The notes under the pieces are model-generated. The model made no database searches. It was given only the letters and a program-made list of their open reading frames with translations, and was not told the DNA's origin. 63,251 nucleotides of DNA from a virus (Duplodnaviria; Caudoviricetes), in IMG/VR virus record IMGVR_UViG_3300042569_000591, positions 1 through 63,251 of that record. One strand, given 5' to 3'. Positions within the stretch are counted from its first letter, which is position 1; every line of letters starts with the position of its first letter. Shown piece by piece: positions 54,768 to 63,251 of this stretch. Made by a program: the position numbers and the translations under genes.

Positions 54768-55909
54768 GGCATAGCAACCTTACGATTAGAATCAAGGTCG
54801 ATCTGGAAGAATACAAACCCGGATCGGCCTTTTTTAAAGTTTGTTTGAACCCACTCTGAACTAACAGAAAAAGCCGGGTAGTTGAAATAGTCAAACTCAT
54901 CAGAAGAGCAATAGTCAAAAAGCATCTGGTGTGAGTCACCCTTACTAAACTCAATATGATCGCATGATCTTAAGTCGTGCGAGTGTCTAATGTACTGAGA
55001 TATTTTCTCAACACCTCTTGGATCAAGTTGGACCTTGAATCCAAACTTAAGGTTGCGAGAGTCTTTGCCATGGCTGATGATAAACCCATGCTTTCCGATT
55101 ATGTAGTGGTTTATGAACTTCTTATGGTTGATAACATGAACGTTGCTATATTTACGATCAACAACATGCTTGAATGCAGAGTTAACAATGTAACCAAATG
55201 CACCTGAGTGGTTATCCTCACAGATGTTGTTACACATAATATTCTTATACTGAGGTGCAAGATAGTCAATTAACAAAACCTTTGCCTTGAGTCCTGCCTC
55301 AAATGCCTCTTCGTTTGTCATGTTCTGTTGGAGCTTGTGTCCCTTACGGGTAGTCTCACCATCCCAACCATCCATAAAGTCTCCTAGATCGTCTATAATT
55401 AGGCTGTCTGAAGATTTATTAGCCAGAACAAACTCAGCCATCTCTTTAACTCTTTTATTAAGAATGTCAGCGTTCCAATCCTCAGCATATAATGCCAGTC
55501 CTTTACGGCTAGCATCCATTCCTACGTGTACATCAGTCCATACCAAACGATCGATCGTCTTTCCTGGCTTCCAATCACCCTTTGGCACTGGTGACTTACC
55601 ATCTAAACACTTTGATATGATTGACTCGTAATCAATCTCATCTACACGATAGGCAGGATTCTTAATAAAAAGAGATGCTTGCTTGGTCTTAAGCCAAAGG
55701 TATGGCACATTTGATGGGGCAACTTGTAAGTCGTCGCATACTTCTTTAACACCTTGATTAGATTGCTTAGATGCTAAGCGAGAAACATAAACTCTAGCCG
55801 TTTCTTCTCTTACATCAAGATTATTTTCTGAAATTACTTGTCTGGCGATATCAGCCTTTGTCATTCCCGATTCTAGTAACTCTAGAATCCTGTCCATATA
55901 CTGTCTCAT
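54749..55909 (-). CDS. Calcineurin-like metallophosphoesterase with N-terminal HTH
   Basis: TDVHVG, LGDFMDG, EDNH, HG, GDSH motifs. Confidence 0.85.
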   Translation of the reverse strand: MRQYMDRILELLESGMTKADIARQVISENNLDVREETARVYVSRLASKQSNQGVKEVCDDLQVAPSNVPYLWLKTKQASLFIKNPAYRVDEIDYESIISKCLDGKSPVPKGDWKPGKTIDRLVWTDVHVGMDASRKGLALYAEDWNADILNKRVKEMAEFVLANKSSDSLIIDDLGDFMDGWDGETTRKGHKLQQNMTNEEAFEAGLKAKVLLIDYLAPQYKNIMCNNICEDNHSGAFGYIVNSAFKHVVDRKYSNVHVINHKKFINHYIIGKHGFIISHGKDSRNLKFGFKVQLDPRGVEKISQYIRHSHDLRSCDHIEFSKGDSHQMLFDYCSSDEFDYFNYPAFSVSSEWVQTNFKKGRSGFVFFQIDLDSNRKVAMPYFFII

Positions 55910-56066
55910 CGTAATGGGATTTATGTAGATCCCTGAGGACCATGATTAGATTTTGAATTGTTGGGATTAGAGCGTCGTAGTCTTCGTCCATGAGGTGCTC
56001 ATAGATACTATCTGTAAGCTCATTTATTTCGAGCATTACAGAGTTTACATAGTTGACGTTCTGCAT
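55851..56066 (-). CDS. Hypothetical protein
   Basis: ORF track. Confidence 0.6.
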   Translation of the reverse strand: MQNVNYVNSVMLEINELTDSIYEHLMDEDYDALIPTIQNLIMVLRDLHKSHYDETVYGQDSRVTRIGNDKG

Positions 56067-56090
56067 TACGCAAGCTAATGTACAAATAAA

Positions 56091-56333
56091 TTAAACAACA
56101 TAGTTAAATGTTGATAAATATTTTATTGGTTCTATTTGGTAAGTTATGCGATATTTATTAATGTTCTCCTGTTTAATGTTCTTAGCTATGAAGTAATCAC
56201 TTACAACTGATCCATCTTCTCTTAGACCTACTGGCCATTTTTCTAATACTCTGTTGATAGGGTACAACCTAGTTCCTGTCTTCAGTGGGATTGCTTTTAA
56301 AGTTATGTTAGCTACGTATACTCCTGGCTTCAT
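56091..56333 (-). CDS. Hypothetical protein
   Basis: ORF track. Confidence 0.65.
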   Translation of the reverse strand: MKPGVYVANITLKAIPLKTGTRLYPINRVLEKWPVGLREDGSVVSDYFIAKNIKQENINKYRITYQIEPIKYLSTFNYVV

Positions 56334-56590
56334 AGGTCACTAAATTTTAATCCGTAGTCAAGGGCTAACCAAGACATTGTAAATGCAGCTCCAAGTTTCT
56401 TCATCTTTAAAGACTTCCTAATGTACTCAGTGCCCCATTTTTTCCATTGCTCATACTGATCTTCTGTCATTGTCCAATCATTATACCAATCATCTGTGCG
56501 GCCTTTAATGTCAGTATACTTTACGTCGTGTCCAGCAATACGAAACATTTCGTTGATAAGTCCTTCAAGTACCTTTTCTTCTTTTGTCAT
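56330..56590 (-). CDS. Hypothetical protein
   Basis: W--WTMTE-Q---W...YGL pattern. Confidence 0.7.
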   Translation of the reverse strand: MTKEEKVLEGLINEMFRIAGHDVKYTDIKGRTDDWYNDWTMTEDQYEQWKKWGTEYIRKSLKMKKLGAAFTMSWLALDYGLKFSDL

Positions 56591-56816
56591 CTTCTAAAAA
56601 TTTAAGTGCTTCTTCTCCGCAAGAAAAGCGGTGAATGTTCCAATTATTCTCCGCAAAGTCATACCTTACTGCCATTAAGTTATTAACTGTCCAATTTGTA
56701 GCGCAGGTATTACAGCTAAACACCTTACCTTGTCTTGACTTAATCTGATAATGTCTTCGGTTATCCTGAAACTCATCAGCAGGTTTCATCTTAAAACATC
56801 GAAAGCAGTATATCAT
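56565..56816 (-). CDS. Zn-finger-like protein
   Basis: CFRC...CNTC. Confidence 0.65.
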   Translation of the reverse strand: MIYCFRCFKMKPADEFQDNRRHYQIKSRQGKVFSCNTCATNWTVNNLMAVRYDFAENNWNIHRFSCGEEALKFLEDDKRRKGT

Positions 56817-57174
56817 ATTATTCTGATTTAAATTGCATGAATTTTTCCAAATTTTTCAGGCTATAGGCTTAAATAATTCCTATTTCATCAGTCTATAACC
56901 TTATACATAAGAACTAACTTATGTATAGATTGTTGGATTTTTTATACATAAGTGGTCATATAAGGCACTAATGTCCAGTTTTTTGCGCAATATACGGGAC
57001 ATTATATTTCACCAAATGTCTTTAATATTAAGTGTTTTTATCTTTAATTAAGTAAATTACCCCGGCAACAGTATCACCGGGGGTGCAGTATAATCAAGTT
57101 ACTCACTCGATAACATCACTGCGAGTTTAAAAAGAGGGGAGGTCCTGATTTAGTCTTTCTGTTAATAATAGTTA

Positions 57175-57363
57175 CTAATCCCCCCTCTTAAAATCTAAAT
57201 AGAATCCTATTGCTACTAAGATATTCATACCAAAAGACATAATAATCTCATGTATGTCTTCATATATATTTAAGCTTAAGTGTACATGTCCAACTACCCA
57301 GAAAGGAATAGCTAAGTTTTGACTAATCCAGATTATTGTGAATTTTATAAATCTTCTAACCAT
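57175..57363 (-). CDS. Small membrane protein
   Basis: WISQNLAIPFW-VGHVHL; two hydrophobic segments. Confidence 0.7.
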   Translation of the reverse strand: MVRRFIKFTIIWISQNLAIPFWVVGHVHLSLNIYEDIHEIIMSFGMNILVAIGFYLDFKRGD

Positions 57364-57623
57364 TGCCTAAAATAATTACCCATGTTCACAAGTTCATAGT
57401 AAAACTCATGCACATCTTTTTCATGTTCATGGTCCATCTTTTTATACAAATGGTTGATTGACTTTTCTACAGCTTCGATAAAATCATTACCAGACTTCTT
57501 TATTCTTTTGTCATATACAGCTGGATACTGATCCTTAACATCTTCCATAAAGTCCATCATAACTGGAAGAACGCCAATCAAAGCGGCTAATTTCTTTTCA
57601 TTCGATATCATAATATTCACCAT
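57345..57623 (-). CDS. Hypothetical protein
   Basis: ORF track. Confidence 0.65.
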   Translation of the reverse strand: MVNIMISNEKKLAALIGVLPVMMDFMEDVKDQYPAVYDKRIKKSGNDFIEAVEKSINHLYKKMDHEHEKDVHEFYYELVNMGNYFRQWLEDL

Positions 57624-57855
57624 TATACCAGTTTGCCGAGACTCCGTGGGCTTTCAGCTCCTTAATTCTATAGACCTGCAGAGGTCTCGGCTTATGTCCT
57701 GGACGTTTTACTTCTATAAATTTAACATCTGAGTTCTTTGGTATGGCTATCAAGTCAGGTATTCCTGGCTTATTGGTAACCGATAGTTTGAGTACGTAGT
57801 ACCCATCACTCTCCAACTTTTTGATCAGTTTCGCTTGTATCTGCTGCTCGGTCAC
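57598..57855 (-). CDS. VRR-NUC domain nuclease (likely GTG start)
   Basis: EQQIQ...GIPDL...FIEVK-PG---PLQ; TACATTTG 3 nt upstream. Confidence 0.85.
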   Translation of the reverse strand: MTEQQIQAKLIKKLESDGYYVLKLSVTNKPGIPDLIAIPKNSDVKFIEVKRPGHKPRPLQVYRIKELKAHGVSANWYNGEYYDIE

Positions 57856-58270
57856 TTGCAAATGTAGAGTTTTTTTCATAAAAACCCATCTTTACACGCC
57901 TTTGAATTCTTTTAAATGTGATAAAATTTTTAGCTTCCAATAGATCTTGTTTAAGATCGTAGTATCTGTCACGCTTAAAAACTTTACTAATATTTGGAAA
58001 TTCAAGGCCATCCAAATCTGCTTGTATTGCACACGTCTCTGCAACATAATCTACGTCTCTATAACTTAACATATCCTTATGTACTCTAAGTCCATGTAGA
58101 ATAGTTGCATGATTTTTTCCAAATATCTCACCTATCATACTGAGACTTAATCCGTAATTTCTTAATTCGTTGTAGATGTAATATCTTTTGAATAACACAT
58201 CCCTTCTTCTTGTTTTCTCCTTGAGAGAATATTTCTCAATTAAATCATTTATCTTTTCTAGTCTGTTCAT
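57806..58270 (-). CDS. DnaA domain IV-like HTH protein
   Basis: SLSMIGEIFGKNHATILHG. Confidence 0.75.
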   Translation of the reverse strand: MNRLEKINDLIEKYSLKEKTRRRDVLFKRYYIYNELRNYGLSLSMIGEIFGKNHATILHGLRVHKDMLSYRDVDYVAETCAIQADLDGLEFPNISKVFKRDRYYDLKQDLLEAKNFITFKRIQRRVKMGFYEKNSTFASDRAADTSETDQKVGE

Positions 58271-59489
58271 AATCCTTCTTAAAAATGTTTAACGTATAAC
58301 TCTTTTTACTTTTAACAGCTTTGTAGATCTTGTCCTCAATGCCGCCTGCACTGAATATCCAGTAGACTTTATTGAACTTACGATCCATTGTAGTCATCCT
58401 ATCGCGCGCTTGCCAGTAAGATGTAGCACTGAAGTCAATATTGTAGAAGACCACGTAGTCAGCGTTCTTTAGCGATATACCCTCACGTCCTGATACGATC
58501 TGCAGTGCAATCACTTTGTACTGACCGGTATCAAAGTCTTCAAGATTCTCAGTAAGATCTTTACCAAACACAGACTTTAGTGCACTCAGTTCTTCTTTAA
58601 ACTTGTAAAACACGCCTATTTTTGAGCTATCAAATCGATTCCTTATGAACTCAGCCTTAGTGGTGTCAATCGTCATACTGTTACCGCTCTCAAACTTCAC
58701 GGTGCCACTCCACAACTGGTGTAGCTTCTGCATTAACTTGACTGGCGTGTCAGCTAAAATAACTTCTTCCTTTCCCTCAACAACCAAGTCCCTCTCTAAC
58801 TTCTTCACAATCATCTTTGTCTTCTCAGACATATCGACATAAAGAACTTCTTCCTCGATTGCTGTCTCAAAGCCAGCCTGCGACTGCGTGAAGCTAATCA
58901 TCAAATGAGCTACATTTGACATAATCTTGAGCTCCATTCCACCAGAGTAGTCAGTAACCTTGAAGCCATTGATCACCCGGTCGAACTTGTTGACATAGTC
59001 ATCGGCCCATCTGTAGAAGTTCTTGTACTCCTTGAATGGCGAGTGGTCGCTCACCCAGAACTGATGGTACATCTGACTGAATGACTCTGGGCATGGTGTA
59101 CCTGACAAAAAGATCATCGGCAAGTGGCTGTACATCTTCTTGTACATCTTGGTGTACAACCCTGGCTTTGGGAAGGCACCAAACCTATGGTGCTCATCGT
59201 GAATAATCAGGTCAGGATCAGTCATTTGTGCCTTATGCATTGACTCATCGTTAATTATCTCAATGACAAAGTCATGACCAAACTCTACATAGTCAAGCAT
59301 AATTGATCCAACGGCCTTCTTCTTTGTTAAGAATAGAACTCTCTTAGCTCCAAACCTTTTAGCTATCTCCAAAGAGGTGGCCGTCTTACCGGTTCGCACC
59401 TCCATGGCGAGATAAAGCAGGTTATGTTTGAGTAGAATATAGGCCCCTGCGTTGGCAATTTCATTTTGATAGCTTCTTAGTGCTTTCAT
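58245..59489 (-). CDS. SF2 (SNF2-like) helicase
   Basis: RTGKT, DEHH, LSGTP, GREGISL, QA-DR motifs. Confidence 0.9.
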   Translation of the reverse strand: MKALRSYQNEIANAGAYILLKHNLLYLAMEVRTGKTATSLEIAKRFGAKRVLFLTKKKAVGSIMLDYVEFGHDFVIEIINDESMHKAQMTDPDLIIHDEHHRFGAFPKPGLYTKMYKKMYSHLPMIFLSGTPCPESFSQMYHQFWVSDHSPFKEYKNFYRWADDYVNKFDRVINGFKVTDYSGGMELKIMSNVAHLMISFTQSQAGFETAIEEEVLYVDMSEKTKMIVKKLERDLVVEGKEEVILADTPVKLMQKLHQLWSGTVKFESGNSMTIDTTKAEFIRNRFDSSKIGVFYKFKEELSALKSVFGKDLTENLEDFDTGQYKVIALQIVSGREGISLKNADYVVFYNIDFSATSYWQARDRMTTMDRKFNKVYWIFSAGGIEDKIYKAVKSKKSYTLNIFKKDYEQTRKDK

Positions 59490-59751
59490 CTTTCAGTAAT
59501 TTAATTGCATTGTTTAATTCATCTGTCAGCTCTTTCGATTGACTGACCGATGGCAACTCCCTTCTTAAGGCAATGATGGCATAGTAAGGATCGGCATACC
59601 ATTCGATATGTAGTCCCTTAAGTATACCTATGGCATTGAGATACGAGTCAAGCATGTCAGAAAGCTCCTTGCGAATCTTCTTACTTTTATTCATATTCAT
59701 AATCTCAATGGATGCCTCCATTCGTTTCTGTAGAATAACTAGTGCTAACAT
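59461..59751 (-). CDS. Hypothetical protein
   Basis: ORF track. Confidence 0.65.
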   Translation of the reverse strand: MLALVILQKRMEASIEIMNMNKSKKIRKELSDMLDSYLNAIGILKGLHIEWYADPYYAIIALRRELPSVSQSKELTDELNNAIKLLKDESTKKLSK

Positions 59752-62078
59752 AACTTTGTTTGTATTGGTTCTTTAACAATAAAATGTATCTCCTTGCCAT
59801 TCATACCTTTGTATGCCCTTGGCTTCTGACCAAACGCATACTCACCATATGCATCTAACCAATGGTAGAACTTAGCGTTTGACAGCTTATATCTACCATA
59901 CCTATCGTAGTCAGGATAGTCAGCAATAAATCTGTTGAGCATGTCCTGGCCTACTGACTTAGCGTTTGGCTTGGTGTCCATGTTGTCTCTAGATGTAGCC
60001 CACTCCCAAAACTCTGGAGATGTCTCAGCTATCAACTTACGGACCTTGAGGTTCTTGAATTCAGTCTCAACCAATCCTTTCTTCAGATATAACTGAAGGT
60101 TTCGGATCATGTAATTATCAAACTTAATCCACTCACTATCGTCCCATCCACTGTATAGCATGTGTCCAAACTCATCCTCAGGCGTTCTGTCTTTGGTATA
60201 GTACTGTCTGAACTCAAGGTCCCACTTACGTCTCTCGAATGAGTTCCCTGCACCCTTGATGGCGTAGTTAGTGGTGATGAATATCTTTGGCGACCGCTCG
60301 AAAGGAATGTGTATCTCATCCTTGTTCTTCTTTTCCAATGTGATACCCTCAGTAATCACAGAGAATAAGTTCTCAAAGGCAAACCCCTTAGACACATCAT
60401 CAAACACCAACACCTGAGTGTCAACCTGCACACGTTGGTATGGAAATGACTTCTGAAAACTGAAACCTTTACCGTCAATCTTAACCATCTTTTTCATGTG
60501 GTTGATCGAGTTGACAAAGATACCTTTACCAGTACCTCCCTCAGGGTTGGAGCTGATGACCTCATCGTTTAATATGACAGCCGGGCAATAGCTCGCTGGC
60601 TTATAGCTGTGCATCATATAGCCTAACGTTGACTCCATCGATCGCTTGCGAGACTCGTCGTCACCTGAAATGTTCTTGACAAACGTCTCGAACTCGTTAT
60701 CTCCGATGTTATCTGAGAATACAAACTCACGATTGATGCGCTGCATCTCCCACACATGGCCACCCAAGTCTTTATAGTCAATGACATTGACGCTGTCTTT
60801 TGTTATCTGAACAGCACAGTTTAAGTAATACAAGTATGCGCTGTCAATGGTGTCTTCCTTGAACACTGCATCAATCTTTGGCACAAAGTTTAAGAACGTC
60901 TCCTGGAAGAACTTGGTGTTCATAGCGAAGTAGTTGTACACCATCATGTCGTCAATCTCTAGCAAGTAATCCAACACAAAGTCTTTAATCATGTCGTCAG
61001 TCACATCGCTCATCAAGTTGTCAATCACCCTGACAAACACAAACGTCCTTGATCCCGGTGGATAGTATTTGAAGAACCCATTGTTATTTAGAAAGATTCT
61101 AAATAAGTGTGGCACCACCTCAACTTTACCTTTACTAGACTTGGTCCAGAACTCAGTGATCTCTGGCAGCTCCTCGATCTGATACTTCTCAGCGACCTGC
61201 TCAGCTGGAACACCTCTCTTAAGCTCATTCTTTACGTTCTCAAACTCATCGTAAAATTTAGTACCAAACGTCGACATATCCTTGTATGCGCTTCTAACAA
61301 TCGTTGTTATCTCTGACGCCATGTCGCCACCTTGATCCTGATCGTTTAGAATTGAGTGAGCCATCGACTGATCAATGCCATACTCCTTCAATGCAATTGC
61401 TAGCACATATAAGTTGTTGTTGCGCTGTCCTGGAACCATGCCGTAGTTCTTACCCCACCAAATACTTAAGCGTCTGATGATCTCATTGGTGTCGTCTACC
61501 CTGATGGTTGTTGTTTGCGCAACACGTTGTTGCGCAGGCATCGGCTTAATCATGTCAATGAACACCTGACTGTTCTCGTTTACATAGATGTCTGGGTCAT
61601 ACGACTCATAGCATACACGGCTGAGGTTCTTACTTGTTGTATCAAACTCCTTGCAGAAGAACAACGAATGAAGGCCATCAAAGTAGTACTTGTGGTTCTC
61701 AATGTCAGCAGGTATCTTTACCAACATCTTCAACCCATCACCTGATGGTGACGTGAATATAGCATGCGCATAAGGGCTTAACTGCAGCTCAAAACGTTTG
61801 TCATATAATGCCTGCTGATCGTCAAAGCCATCAAAGTCTAGGCAGATAATCCCACTGTGCTCGATGCAGGCAGTGTCTGCACGCTTCTCAAACTTACCGC
61901 TAAAGCATATCGCTGGAAGAAGTTTCTTCTTCTCATTGCGCGCATCCTTTTGAGTAAGGGCTCTCACTTCCTCCACTATCTGCTGCGACTTGCCCTCCTT
62001 GATTCTCTGAAGAGCCTTCTCCAACGGAACGTAGAATGGCTTGCTCGTGTTCGTTACTGTTTGAAAGTAGGTTATCAT
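59745..62078 (-). CDS. Primase-helicase (BT4734/VirE-N-like AEP, PriCT, P-loop helicase)
   Basis: LP---FSG-F, HSG--CLDFD, SPSGDGLK, GQRNN, GGTGKG, FDDV, TTN. Confidence 0.88.
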   Translation of the reverse strand: MITYFQTVTNTSKPFYVPLEKALQRIKEGKSQQIVEEVRALTQKDARNEKKKLLPAICFSGKFEKRADTACIEHSGIICLDFDGFDDQQALYDKRFELQLSPYAHAIFTSPSGDGLKMLVKIPADIENHKYYFDGLHSLFFCKEFDTTSKNLSRVCYESYDPDIYVNENSQVFIDMIKPMPAQQRVAQTTTIRVDDTNEIIRRLSIWWGKNYGMVPGQRNNNLYVLAIALKEYGIDQSMAHSILNDQDQGGDMASEITTIVRSAYKDMSTFGTKFYDEFENVKNELKRGVPAEQVAEKYQIEELPEITEFWTKSSKGKVEVVPHLFRIFLNNNGFFKYYPPGSRTFVFVRVIDNLMSDVTDDMIKDFVLDYLLEIDDMMVYNYFAMNTKFFQETFLNFVPKIDAVFKEDTIDSAYLYYLNCAVQITKDSVNVIDYKDLGGHVWEMQRINREFVFSDNIGDNEFETFVKNISGDDESRKRSMESTLGYMMHSYKPASYCPAVILNDEVISSNPEGGTGKGIFVNSINHMKKMVKIDGKGFSFQKSFPYQRVQVDTQVLVFDDVSKGFAFENLFSVITEGITLEKKNKDEIHIPFERSPKIFITTNYAIKGAGNSFERRKWDLEFRQYYTKDRTPEDEFGHMLYSGWDDSEWIKFDNYMIRNLQLYLKKGLVETEFKNLKVRKLIAETSPEFWEWATSRDNMDTKPNAKSVGQDMLNRFIADYPDYDRYGRYKLSNAKFYHWLDAYGEYAFGQKPRAYKGMNGKEIHFIVKEPIQTKLC

Positions 62079-62367
62079 ATTCTTGTTTATATTCGTTAAT
62101 CACTGACAAATAAGCAAGGTTGCCCTTGATAGTCATACCATTGTAGTCATAGGTCTCAGACATGAACTTCTCATGCATCTTGATTCCATGTATGACTACA
62201 GAATGGTGTCTGTTAAACAACCTACCGATCTGTTGTAGTGTCATGTGGTCTCTAAGTATACTGAACAAATAGTCCCTCTTGTATACCAAGTCGATACGCT
62301 GACTTGGACCATCCAAGCCATCTCTCTCAATCCATTGTGTTATTTTTTCTAGCATACAAATTCTCAT
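61933..62367 (-). CDS. Second DnaA domain IV-like HTH protein
   Basis: TLQQIGRLFNRHHSVVIHG. Confidence 0.7.
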   Translation of the reverse strand: MRICMLEKITQWIERDGLDGPSQRIDLVYKRDYLFSILRDHMTLQQIGRLFNRHHSVVIHGIKMHEKFMSETYDYNGMTIKGNLAYLSVINEYKQEYDNLLSNSNEHEQAILRSVGEGSSENQGGQVAADSGGSESPYSKGCAQ

Positions 62368-62515
62368 AATAAGTTAACTTTCTACCGGTCAGACCGTCTG
62401 TTATATCTTTCTCTTTTGGCACCTCGATCACACCATACTCAACTCTCGGTTCGTTATGGAATAACCAGTATCCAATAGCGATACCGGCTAGTAGAAATAA
62501 GATTCGTTGTTTCAT
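62327..62515 (-). CDS. Small protein with N-terminal TM segment
   Basis: ILFLLAGIAIGYWLF. Confidence 0.65.
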   Translation of the reverse strand: MKQRILFLLAGIAIGYWLFHNEPRVEYGVIEVPKEKDITDGLTGRKLTYYENLYARKNNTMD

Positions 62516-62850
62516 TGTTCTTGATTTAAAAATTCATAAATCTTGTCAAATAGCCATCCTGTTAAGTACGCTTCTGGTTCGTCATTATGTAGGTCAATTT
62601 TAGCATTTATACCTAAGAATATATAGTTCTTAATATGTACAATCTCGTGTGCTATATTGCTTAAATGACTGGCATCAGTAAAAGCTACTACATAGTTTCT
62701 ATGCTTTGACTTGTTCTCAAATGTTAAAGCACCAAAATTACCAAACTCACCATTTAACTTGTATTTTTTCACAACTTCATTAAGGTCTTTAGTTAGAATA
62801 ATTGTGAGGCCACATTCGTATACAGGAACATTAATTGTCTTGCTTTTCAT
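62512..62850 (-). CDS. HExxH metallopeptidase-like protein
   Basis: IAHEIVH...EPEAYL. Confidence 0.7.
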   Translation of the reverse strand: MKSKTINVPVYECGLTIILTKDLNEVVKKYKLNGEFGNFGALTFENKSKHRNYVVAFTDASHLSNIAHEIVHIKNYIFLGINAKIDLHNDEPEAYLTGWLFDKIYEFLNQEQ

Positions 62851-63058
62851 CTTTAGGAGATAAGATAAATTTCAAAGTGTAAACATCATCTGCTGCATCA
62901 ATGAAGCTATCGCTGCTCATATACACATTATAATATTCACTCAAATCTTCTATCCGTTTGCCAATAAGGACTAACTCATTAGTGATTCCTTGACCATTCT
63001 TTCCAAAGTCAACTACATATGAGTCAACTCCTGATTCTCTTACAATTTCTTCTTTCAT
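62831..63058 (-). CDS. Hypothetical protein
   Basis: ORF track. Confidence 0.6.
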   Translation of the reverse strand: MKEEIVRESGVDSYVVDFGKNGQGITNELVLIGKRIEDLSEYYNVYMSSDSFIDAADDVYTLKFILSPKDEKQDN

Positions 63059-63069
63059 TTTATTTTAGT

Positions 63070-63246
63070 TTAAAGGTTTCCAAATGCTTCAATTACATAG
63101 GCAAAAGATAGCCCAACTCCAAATACAGAACCAAATACTATTCCTTCGTGTTTTGGTTCTTTACTCTTTCTATAAATAAGAATTAATGAACTACACACAA
63201 TAAATTGTACCATTGCTAATGTTATTACCATATAAAATTTAATCAT
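63070..63246 (-). CDS. 58-aa membrane protein with two predicted TM segments (not in ORF track)
   Basis: Hand translation MIKFYMVITLAM...AFGNL; starts and ends in junction-repeat variants. Confidence 0.7.
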   Translation of the reverse strand: MIKFYMVITLAMVQFIVCSSLILIYRKSKEPKHEGIVFGSVFGVGLSFAYVIEAFGNL

Positions 63247-63251
63247 TGTTC

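Larger units (their letters stand above)
1..63251. mobile_element. Tailed dsDNA phage genome, probable Bacteroidota host, crAss-like short-tail structural module; likely near-complete and circularly permuted
   Basis: TerL, portal, MCP, lysis and replication genes are present; two divergent arms; both window ends fall in the same repeat (tcattgttc) within a continuous minus-strand run of small genes. Confidence 0.93.

Noticed and set aside
1-63251. Alternative genetic code, as in some crAss-like phages
   Set aside because: Long ORFs tile the genome under the standard code, and all three stop codons end genes at sensible positions.

Overview
The window looks like an essentially complete, circularly permuted ~63 kb tailed dsDNA phage genome infecting a Bacteroidota host. 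The host call is an inference from the TAnnTTTG promoters, A-rich starts without Shine-Dalgarno, and DUF3127 and BT4734-type genes. Minus-strand arm (9.3 kb to 1, continuing 63.2 to 54.7 kb): many small early genes, RadC/JAB, an exonuclease with a putative annealing protein, DUF3127, a primase-helicase, an SF2 helicase, VRR-NUC, two DnaA-domain-IV-like HTH proteins and a metallophosphoesterase. Plus-strand arm (10.2-54.8 kb): GroEL/GroES, small basic proteins, a head spike/fibre module, lysis genes, two GIY-YIG-like endonucleases, TerS/TerL/portal/scaffold/MCP, crAss-like ring and muzzle proteins, and ejection proteins ending in a 3288-aa polyvalent protein. I saw no integrase, DNA polymerase, canonical tRNA or CRISPR. 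Best leads: (1) the giant protein gene carries three candidate +1-frame nested genes at domain boundaries, an A10 slippery run opening a coding-like -1 frame, and a repeat-flanked enzyme cassette; (2) the muzzle gene is split by a poly-Thr, mucin-like protein plus a DxD glycosyltransferase, suggesting virion O-glycosylation; (3) a 28-bp dif-like XerCD site in an integrase-less phage; (4) small genes joined by a conserved stop-to-start repeat; (5) a control region with boxA-, Fur-box- and tRNA-minihelix-like elements, and probable leaderless late genes. All family names come from motif recognition by eye, not from database searches.
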